From a virus (taxonomy: Duplodnaviria > Heunggongvirae > Uroviricota > Caudoviricetes): a DNA stretch of 64,000 bases. Positions 56,901 to 64,000 of the stretch are shown here, in pieces. The stretch lies in IMG/VR virus record IMGVR_UViG_3300048672_000527, positions 36,770 through 100,769 of that record; one strand, 5' to 3'. The stretch's first letter is position 1. Each line of letters begins with the position of its first letter. The notes beneath the pieces are model-generated. The model made no database searches. It worked only from the letters and a program-made list of their open reading frames with translations, and had not been told where the DNA came from. Made by a program: the position numbers and the translations under genes.

Positions 56901-57431
56901 ATGAAAACATTTAAAGACTATTTGATTGAATCCGCCGGTGGTAACTATGTCTGTATTGACGCACCGGATTTATCCGATTTTTGGCCTCGCTTTGGATTAC
57001 AAGAGCCAATCAGCGGAGAAGCACCCCCAAACAAAGACTATCACTGTACACTGATTTATAGCAAGGGTACAGATATTAATCCAAAACGTGTAAAGAGTTA
57101 TATTGATACATATTTCCCAAAAACAGTATCAGCTGAAGTTCACGGGTTTGAGTGTTTTGATTCACTTCCAAAAGACGGAGAACGAGATATAGCGAAATCT
57201 TGTATTGTTATGGAACTTGATAGTACGGTACTACGTGAAATGCACAAAGAACTGAAGGATTTAGGACTGTCTCATTCGTACCCGGAATTCCGCGCACACG
57301 TGACGATTAGATACAATATGAGCGTAGAAGAAGCACATTTTTACAAAGATAAGCTGAATTCCATGCATATTTCAATGAAAATTCCGCTATCAAATTTTAA
57401 GTCAGAATCTATTAATACCAACTACGTCTAA
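56901..57431 (+). CDS. acb1: 2H phosphoesterase, T4 57B/Acb1-like anti-CBASS nuclease, with capsid-targeting N-terminus
   Basis: Two HxT motifs (YHCTLIYS, AHVTIRY); V.ELDS..L..H..L..G..H.Y..F spacing as in T4 57B; N-terminus MKTFKDYLIE. Confidence 0.75.
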   Translation: MKTFKDYLIESAGGNYVCIDAPDLSDFWPRFGLQEPISGEAPPNKDYHCTLIYSKGTDINPKRVKSYIDTYFPKTVSAEVHGFECFDSLPKDGERDIAKSCIVMELDSTVLREMHKELKDLGLSHSYPEFRAHVTIRYNMSVEEAHFYKDKLNSMHISMKIPLSNFKSESINTNYV

Positions 57432-57712
57432 TGCCAGCAATAGCTTTTAAAGGTTGTAAATGCACCGGTCATGGACCATATCCGCCACGGGCGAATGATG
57501 CGGGTTCGGGTAATGTGTTCGTTGAGGGCATTCCAGTACACCGTGTTGGTGATCACTGGCCCGATCACACGTATCCCAAGCATGGTGATAGTTCACTGGC
57601 GGCCGGGTCTGGCACAGTGTTTGCTAATGGTATCGCCGTGGGTAGAATTGGTGACATGGTTGCTTGTGGTTCTGCAATTGCAGAGGGTTGTAGTACGGTT
57701 TTTGCAGGATAA
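57431..57712 (+). CDS. PAAR spike-tip protein (gp5.4-like)
   Basis: CTGHG.YPP, GS.NVFVEGIPV.RVGD, GS.TVF.NG..V.RIGD...CG. Confidence 0.92.
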   Translation: MPAIAFKGCKCTGHGPYPPRANDAGSGNVFVEGIPVHRVGDHWPDHTYPKHGDSSLAAGSGTVFANGIAVGRIGDMVACGSAIAEGCSTVFAG

Positions 57713-57715
57713 TAT

Positions 57716-58249
57716 ATGCCAATTTTAAGTTGCCCAGTGCCTTCAACAATTTCAACGTTGAATCCAAATTCATTTCAGTTCTCTATACAGAAGTATCCAG
57801 AGCTGAATTACTTCTTGCAAGAAGTATCTCTACCAACAGTTACACTGGGAACAGCAATTCAGACATCTAGTGTTCATGATGTCAAGCTGCCAGGTGAAAC
57901 AATGGAATTTGGAACACTTAATATCGAATTCTTAATTGACGAGAAGATGAGTAATTATCTAGCACTGTTCGGTTGGATTCAAGGACTTGGTTACCCCGAG
58001 GGGCATCAACAGTATACACAGTATATGAACGAGAATAGAAACTCTAATGGTTTCAGTGACAATTCAAAAATGGTTTCAGATTGTTTCCTGATGATTATGG
58101 ATAGCAATAACAAACCGCTACAGCGCTTTACATTTGTTGATGCTTTCCCGACTTCACTTGGTGCGCTGACGTTCCGCTCAAACAATACGGATGTACAGTA
58201 TTTGGTTGCTTCATTGACAATGGAATACTCGTATTTTAAACTCAGCTAA
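57716..58249 (+). CDS. gp3: Tail completion / tube terminator
   Basis: L.PNSFQF.I.K.P...YF.Q.V.LP, PGE.MEF..L...F.IDE.M.NY, F.F.DAFP.SL..L.F. Confidence 0.92.
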   Translation: MPILSCPVPSTISTLNPNSFQFSIQKYPELNYFLQEVSLPTVTLGTAIQTSSVHDVKLPGETMEFGTLNIEFLIDEKMSNYLALFGWIQGLGYPEGHQQYTQYMNENRNSNGFSDNSKMVSDCFLMIMDSNNKPLQRFTFVDAFPTSLGALTFRSNNTDVQYLVASLTMEYSYFKLS

Positions 58250-58274
58250 ATACAAATTTACACTCTGATATATT

Positions 58275-58709
58275 ATGGCAAAACTTGATGAATTAAAAGT
58301 AATGTGGGCAGAAGATTGCAAGGTTCCAGATGATCTGGGATATGCTGCTGTGACTTCTCCACTACTTCACTCCAAATATCTAAATGAACTGTCTAATGCT
58401 AGGCTCAAACTAACTAAGATTGAGCACGACCTAGCAGAACTAAAAGCAGTTAAGTCAAAGTATTTCCGTGGTGAAATGACAAAGTCAGAACTTGATGAAC
58501 GCGGGTGGGTCCAGTGGCAATACCGTTCATTGAAAGCTGATATTCCTGATTTACTAGAAGCAGATAAAGATATTCAAACTATTCTTGCAAGACTATCATA
58601 TATGAAGACTACTATCTATTTTTTAGAAAGTGTCATGGGTGAAATTAAGAATCGCTATTGGGCAATTCGTAGTGCTATTGATTGGCAGAAATTTAGAGCA
58701 GGTGGATAA
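58275..58709 (+). CDS. uvsY: Recombination mediator
   Basis: W.EDC, P.LHSKYL, KYFRG, LE.....I.NR.W.I..AIDW.KF.AG. Confidence 0.9.
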   Translation: MAKLDELKVMWAEDCKVPDDLGYAAVTSPLLHSKYLNELSNARLKLTKIEHDLAELKAVKSKYFRGEMTKSELDERGWVQWQYRSLKADIPDLLEADKDIQTILARLSYMKTTIYFLESVMGEIKNRYWAIRSAIDWQKFRAGG

Positions 58710-60208
58710 TGATTGAACTATTACCTTTTAACGAGACTCATATAAAGATTCGTTGTGATGATTGGGGTGTTGAACAAGAAATTTCTGAGTTCTTTACCTT
58801 TTTTGTTCCTGGCTACCGTTATATGCCTTCCTACAAAAATAAAATGTGGGACGGTAAGATTCGCCTATTTGATTCACGTAGAAAAACAATCTATAAAGGT
58901 CTTGTTAACGAGGTAATTAAATTTGCTCGCACACGTGATTATGAAGTTGTAGCCGATATATCTCTAAACAATAATAACAATATTGGATATGATGAAGTAA
59001 AAGACTTCGTAGATTCTCTCGATCTTCACGCGCGCGGCGAGAAACTAGATATCCGCGAATATCAATACGATGCAGTTTGGAAGGCAATAGGTAATAAACG
59101 ACAGCTTCTATTAAGCCCAACAGCTTCTGGTAAGTCCATGATTATCATGAGTGTCATTCGTTGGCACATTCAGAATAACAGAAACATTCTAATCGTTGTT
59201 CCTACTACAATGTTAGTAGAACAGCTATTAGCCGACTTTAAAGACTACAGTAGTGCTAATGGTTGGGATGCTGATGAGAACTGTACAACAATGTATAGTG
59301 GTAAAGAACGTATTTTTGATAAACACGTAGTTATCAGTACATGGCAATCTATTGCAGCCATGTATAAAAGTGACCCAAAGAATTTCAAAGATTTGGTTAA
59401 CAGAACAGATGTTGGTATCTGGGACGAGGCACACACTTACAAAGCTGATGTGGTTTTGAAAGTCATGGAGCAGTTTACCATGACAGAATACAGAACTGGA
59501 ACTACAGGTACTATTGACGATACCAAAATCAATGCACTTGTACTACAAGGATTGATGGGCCCAATTCACAAAGTTATTTCAACCAAGGAATTGATGGATG
59601 CTGGTCAAGTTGTACAACTTAAGATCAAGTGTCTTGCTCTTGGTTACCCCGAACATATCCGCAAAACATATAAAGGTATGTCATATAAAGAGGAAATTCA
59701 GTTCTTGATTTCCTACGAGCCACGGAATAAACTACTAGCAAAGCTTGCTACCAGCACAGAAGGTAATACTTTACTGCTGTTTAATTTTGTGGCCAAGCAT
59801 GGTGCAGTTCTTGATAAAATGATCCGTGAGCGAACAGATCGCCCAGTGTACTTTATTCATGGTGGTGTTGACGTATCTGAACGTGAAGAAATTCGGAATA
59901 TCCTGTCAAAAGAAAACAACGCCATCATTGTGGCCAATTCTGCACTAATGAGTACCGGTGTAAATATCCCTAGTATTGAACACATTATATTTGCTTTCCC
60001 AAGCAAAAGTACAATCCGTATCCGTCAAAGTATTGGTCGGGGATTGAGACTAAATAAAGGTAAGAACAAATGTGTTCTGTATGACGTATCAGATGATCTT
60101 TCATATAAATCATATACTAACACCACGTGGAATCACATGGAAGATAGAATTGGGATTTATGAAAAAGAACAGTTTGATTGGAAATTAATAAAACTAGAAT
60201 TAAAATGA
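58709..60208 (+). CDS. uvsW: RNA-DNA / DNA helicase
   Basis: WDGKIRLF, REYQ, SPTASGKS, STWQS, DEAH, G.TGT, STGVNIP, QSIGRGLR. Confidence 0.96.
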   Translation: MIELLPFNETHIKIRCDDWGVEQEISEFFTFFVPGYRYMPSYKNKMWDGKIRLFDSRRKTIYKGLVNEVIKFARTRDYEVVADISLNNNNNIGYDEVKDFVDSLDLHARGEKLDIREYQYDAVWKAIGNKRQLLLSPTASGKSMIIMSVIRWHIQNNRNILIVVPTTMLVEQLLADFKDYSSANGWDADENCTTMYSGKERIFDKHVVISTWQSIAAMYKSDPKNFKDLVNRTDVGIWDEAHTYKADVVLKVMEQFTMTEYRTGTTGTIDDTKINALVLQGLMGPIHKVISTKELMDAGQVVQLKIKCLALGYPEHIRKTYKGMSYKEEIQFLISYEPRNKLLAKLATSTEGNTLLLFNFVAKHGAVLDKMIRERTDRPVYFIHGGVDVSEREEIRNILSKENNAIIVANSALMSTGVNIPSIEHIIFAFPSKSTIRIRQSIGRGLRLNKGKNKCVLYDVSDDLSYKSYTNTTWNHMEDRIGIYEKEQFDWKLIKLELK

Positions 60209-60573
60209 CAGAGAACATTGAAAATATTCCTCAAGCAAATGAGCTTCTATATACTATGAAACTCACATCGGGAGAGGAATTAATTTTCACCCTAGTAGAT
60301 GAAAAACAGTATGGGATTTATATTGAGAGCCCTATTGTGATAAGAACAATTCCTATTCTAGGGGATAATGGTTTGACTAATGAGTTAAATAGTCAATTGT
60401 TTATGCCATTCTCTGGTTCACGTACATTTTACATTCCTAATGAATCAATAATGATCCTTTCAAAAATGCATCCTGATTCCCATAAATTGTATACAAAGTT
60501 AGTAAACAAGTTAGAGAACTATAGTACAATGGACAGTCCTATTGCTCATCCAGAACATCATACAGTTCAGTAA
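60205..60573 (+). CDS. Conserved hypothetical protein between uvsW and gp55
   Basis: MKL.SGEELI motif; ATGA overlap at 60205 preferred over the track start 60178. Confidence 0.7.
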   Translation: MTENIENIPQANELLYTMKLTSGEELIFTLVDEKQYGIYIESPIVIRTIPILGDNGLTNELNSQLFMPFSGSRTFYIPNESIMILSKMHPDSHKLYTKLVNKLENYSTMDSPIAHPEHHTVQ

Positions 60574-60698
60574 TTCAGATTCCAATACTCATCAGGAATC
60601 ACAGGATAATTATATCCATCAATTCTCGGACACAGAAATAATCTTTGTATTATTTTAGTCCTAAGACTTTTGTGATACTATAGCACAAAGGAGTTTGA

Positions 60699-61217
60699 AT
60701 GAGCACATCCCATTACATTGACAATAAGGCATTCTATGCGGCATTAAAAGATTATCGAGCCGCTTGTGATGCGAATCCAGACGATATTCCCCGTGTTCCC
60801 GAGTACATTGGTGAGTGCATCGTTAAAATCGCGACTGGTTTAGCGAAAAGACCTAATTTTGCTGGTTATAGCTGGCGAGATGAAATGATTGGAGATGCAA
60901 TCGAAACATGCTTGAAATACGTTAAGAGTTTTGATCCAGAACGATCCACATCACCATTTGGGTACTTTACTACAACATGTTGGTATAGTTTTATCGGTAG
61001 AATTGCAACAGAAAAGAAGCAGAGTAAGATCAAACGGGCCTTAGTCAGCTCTGCTGGATTTGACACATTCTCACTTCAAGAACAAGATGGAGACGGTGAA
61101 TATACATTACAGTTGAATGATTTCATCAATAGTCTTGGCGATGAAGAACCAATCAAAAAAGATCTGAAGCCTGGTAAGGTTGCAGCCCCTAGTCCATTTG
61201 AAGATTACATGGAATAA
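60699..61217 (+). CDS. gp55: Late-transcription sigma factor
   Basis: HYIDNK.FY.AL, VPEYIGEC.VKIA..L..RPNF..Y...DEMI.DAIE.C..Y...FDP, PF.YFT; AAGGAG RBS. Confidence 0.96.
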   Translation: MSTSHYIDNKAFYAALKDYRAACDANPDDIPRVPEYIGECIVKIATGLAKRPNFAGYSWRDEMIGDAIETCLKYVKSFDPERSTSPFGYFTTTCWYSFIGRIATEKKQSKIKRALVSSAGFDTFSLQEQDGDGEYTLQLNDFINSLGDEEPIKKDLKPGKVAAPSPFEDYME

Positions 61218-61220
61218 TTT

Positions 61221-62279
61221 ATGGCTCTTATAGCTATTTTGGGTGACACACACCTTGGCGCACGTAATGCGTCTAATCATTACAGTCAGTTTTTTAATAA
61301 GTTTTTTCGAGAAATATTCTACCCATATTGTAAAGAACATGGTGTGAAGAATGTCATTCAACTAGGTGATTTATTTGACAACAGAACATCGTTAAGTATT
61401 AAAGCTTATCATGCGTGTAAATCAGAGTGGTTTGATCCTCTGGTTGAGAATGATATGCATATGTGGACGTTGCTTGGAAATCATGATATTTTCTATAAAA
61501 GCACTCTCAGTGTTAATACACCAGAGCTGTTGCTTGCCAATGAATATAAGAATAATATCACTATCATCAATAAACCATCTGTAGTTGAACTTGACGATAC
61601 ACAGTTTGCACTGATTCCGTGGATATGTGATGATAACAAAGAGGACATTTTCAACTTTTTCTCTAATCCTCATATTGCTTCTGTTGATATTGTGTGCGGC
61701 CACTTTGAGATTGATGGTTTTGAAATGATGCGGGGTGTCCCAGGTCATGGTGGACTTCCTCGCACACTATTTGAAAACTTTGAGCTAACTCTCAGCGGTC
61801 ACTATCATACGCGCAGTTATGACGAGTTCTATAGAATCCGTTATGTTGGTACTCCGTATGAAATTACATTTGCAGATATGCATGATCCACGTGGATTCCA
61901 TATTTTTGATACAGAAACTCGAGAACTAACTTTTGTTCAAAATCCATACACAATGTTTGAACGGATTATCTATAACGAGGGTTGGTCTGGTGATGTTTCA
62001 AGTCTAGCTGGTAAAGCGGTTAAACTTGTGGTTGAAAAGAAAACTGATTTGTATGCCTTCGACCGATTCGTTGATAGTATCAAACTCCACCAGCCATATG
62101 ATCTGAATATCATTGAGAATTTTGCAGACCTACACGGTGTTGATGTAGATGGAAATATCAAGATAGAAGACTCACGTGAAATAATTAACCAGTATATTGA
62201 TTCGTTAACCACTAGTGTTGATAAACAAAGACTTAAAGACTATATGTCCGGACTATACACGGAAGCCCTTGCAGAATGA
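61221..62279 (+). CDS. gp47: Recombination endonuclease subunit (Mre11/SbcD-like)
   Basis: GDTHLG, LGDLFDNR, LGNHD, GHFE, SGHYH, D.RGFH. Confidence 0.96.
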   Translation: MALIAILGDTHLGARNASNHYSQFFNKFFREIFYPYCKEHGVKNVIQLGDLFDNRTSLSIKAYHACKSEWFDPLVENDMHMWTLLGNHDIFYKSTLSVNTPELLLANEYKNNITIINKPSVVELDDTQFALIPWICDDNKEDIFNFFSNPHIASVDIVCGHFEIDGFEMMRGVPGHGGLPRTLFENFELTLSGHYHTRSYDEFYRIRYVGTPYEITFADMHDPRGFHIFDTETRELTFVQNPYTMFERIIYNEGWSGDVSSLAGKAVKLVVEKKTDLYAFDRFVDSIKLHQPYDLNIIENFADLHGVDVDGNIKIEDSREIINQYIDSLTTSVDKQRLKDYMSGLYTEALAE

Positions 62280-63979
62280 TTGTAATTAAAAGAGTAACAT
62301 GTAAGAATTTTCTGAGTTATGGTAACTCAGTGACTGTGTTTGATTTGAACAAGCACAAGACAACTCTAGTACGCGGGAAAAACGGTCACGGTAAATCTAC
62401 TGTGATGGACTTGATTCTCTATGCACTGTACGGAAAACCTTATCGTAATATCAATAAGAATCAACTGATCAACTCTATCAATAAAGGTGGAATGGTCGTA
62501 GAGATATTCTTTAACATAGGTAACACTGAATATCAAATTACACGTGGTATGAAGCCAAATGTGTTTGATATTTTCCGTGATGGTGTGTTAATTGAACAAA
62601 ATGCTGCAACACGTGACTATCAAGAAATTCTTGAATCACAAATTCTAAAAATCAGCGAGCGCACATTTAAACAAATCGCAGTTCTTGGTTCTGCTTCTTA
62701 CATCCCGTTTATGCAGCTTGGAGCGGGTCAGCGCCGAGAGCTTGTTGAGTCTATTCTAGACATTGAAGTCTTTAGTAGAATGAATGTAGTTCTAAAGGAA
62801 CGCATTGCATCTACGAAGAACGAGTACACTGAAATCACCCATAAAGTTGAGTTAAAAAAGACTGAAGCTGCTGCACAACAGAAGTTAATTCGTGTTATGC
62901 AGGAGAATACAAAAGCACGCGTTGCGGATTATGAGACACAAAAAGACGTGGCAGTTAAGGAACTTTCTAAATGTGAAGTTGCTATTATTGACTCACAACA
63001 TGAATTAGATGTGTTACCGGTGGTCGAATTTGATATTAACGAGTTTGATACTATTGATTCTGATATAACGGGAAAACGTAGAAAGATTGATTCTCTAACC
63101 AAGAAAATCAAGTCTGTTCATACTCTCGATGAATGCCCGACATGTCTGCAGAAGGTCGAAGAATCACATGTACACAATGTTACTGCTGGAATTAAAAAGG
63201 AAATAGAACAACTTGAAGCCGAATTAGCCCCACAAGTTGAAATGCTTACTGCTTTAGAAAGTGATCGTAAACTCTATAATGAATATCTAGAAGATCGAAA
63301 AACTATTCAAGATAAAATCATTGAGTTGATGCGTGAACAGTCTCGCATACAAACTACAATTTCAAATATTGATAGCACTATTAATTCTATCCTGAACAAT
63401 ACGAATGATATTGAAGCGGAGACAGAAAAATTGCGCACAATTGGTAAGCAAGGTAATATGCTTCTCGAACGAAAGAATTCTTTGTCTGAAGAAAAACATC
63501 TTCAGGAAGTAGCTGCTCAGCTACTTAAGGATACTGGTATTAAAACTGCTGTGGTAAAAGAATACTTGCCGATCATGAATCAGTTGATCAATAAGTATCT
63601 TGCTATGTTTGATTTCTTTGTTGATTTTACTCTTGATGAAAGTTTTAATGAAGTGATTCGTAGCCGGGGTAGAGATGTTTTCTCTTATAGCAGTTTCAGC
63701 GAGGGTGAAAAGCGTCGTATCGACTTCGCTATTTTGATGGCATTTAGACAACTTGCTGCACTAAAGAATAGTGCAAAAACCAACGTCCTTATTCTGGATG
63801 AAATTGTTGATGGTGCGTTTGACTTGGACGCTCGTGTAGCATTCAATGATTTACTATCAACAATTCCAGATAGTAATGTGATCGTTATTAGCCACGCGGA
63901 TGCTAGTACCGAAGCATATGATCGTGTTATTCATGTAGAGAAACACGGTGATTTTTCTGTTTATAATATTGCGGAGTAA
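62276..63979 (+). CDS. gp46: Recombination endonuclease subunit (Rad50/SbcC-like ATPase)
   Basis: KNFLSYGN, GKNGHGKST, CPTC zinc hook, FSEGEK, LILDE. Confidence 0.96.
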   Translation: MIVIKRVTCKNFLSYGNSVTVFDLNKHKTTLVRGKNGHGKSTVMDLILYALYGKPYRNINKNQLINSINKGGMVVEIFFNIGNTEYQITRGMKPNVFDIFRDGVLIEQNAATRDYQEILESQILKISERTFKQIAVLGSASYIPFMQLGAGQRRELVESILDIEVFSRMNVVLKERIASTKNEYTEITHKVELKKTEAAAQQKLIRVMQENTKARVADYETQKDVAVKELSKCEVAIIDSQHELDVLPVVEFDINEFDTIDSDITGKRRKIDSLTKKIKSVHTLDECPTCLQKVEESHVHNVTAGIKKEIEQLEAELAPQVEMLTALESDRKLYNEYLEDRKTIQDKIIELMREQSRIQTTISNIDSTINSILNNTNDIEAETEKLRTIGKQGNMLLERKNSLSEEKHLQEVAAQLLKDTGIKTAVVKEYLPIMNQLINKYLAMFDFFVDFTLDESFNEVIRSRGRDVFSYSSFSEGEKRRIDFAILMAFRQLAALKNSAKTNVLILDEIVDGAFDLDARVAFNDLLSTIPDSNVIVISHADASTEAYDRVIHVEKHGDFSVYNIAE

Positions 63980-64000
63980 TTATGGATTTAGATGAAGTTG

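Noticed and set aside
1-64000. tRNA or rRNA genes
   Set aside because: Intergenic gaps are short and none shows a cloverleaf with a TTC-GA T-loop and CCA end; a tRNAscan-SE run would confirm.
63982-64000. ORF start after gp46 (ATGGATTTAGATGAAGTTG)
   Set aside because: Only six codons inside the window; cannot be assigned.

Overview
This window is a continuous piece of a T4-superfamily myophage genome with a cyanophage/environmental-T4-like gene complement. It contains: the 3' end of denV, small early genes and an RNA ligase; the gp33-gp59-gp32 block; a minus-strand tail operon (gp4, gp2, gp54-like, gp16, gp26/gp51, tape-measure-like); the long plus-strand virion module (gp48, 53, 27-like, 5, 25, 6, 7, 8, a split DUF4815/VrlC-like pair, a fibre/accessory island, gp13-15, 17-23); then a Hef-like endonuclease, an Acb1/57B-like 2H phosphoesterase, PAAR, gp3, uvsY, uvsW, gp55, gp47 and gp46. 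There are four free-standing homing-endonuclease-type genes, one of them frameshifted. I found no tRNA, rRNA, CRISPR array or reverse transcriptase. The main leads are: (1) a cassette inside the tail-fibre region that pairs a Tyr/Pro/Thr/Asn repeat protein with a prolyl-hydroxylase-type 2OG-Fe(II) oxygenase and a GT60-like (Skp1 hydroxyproline GlcNAc-transferase-like) glycosyltransferase, i.e. a candidate phage hydroxyproline-glycosylation system; (2) an Acb1-like anti-CBASS nuclease with a T4 capsid-targeting sequence behind a late-promoter-like motif; (3) a probable -1 frameshift joining gp26 and gp51 just ahead of the tape-measure gene; (4) a gp5 spike with both a lysozyme and an M15 peptidase domain; (5) gp16 lying about 35 kb from gp17; (6) a probable AUU start for gp19. 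All family assignments come from recognising motifs by eye; no database search was run.
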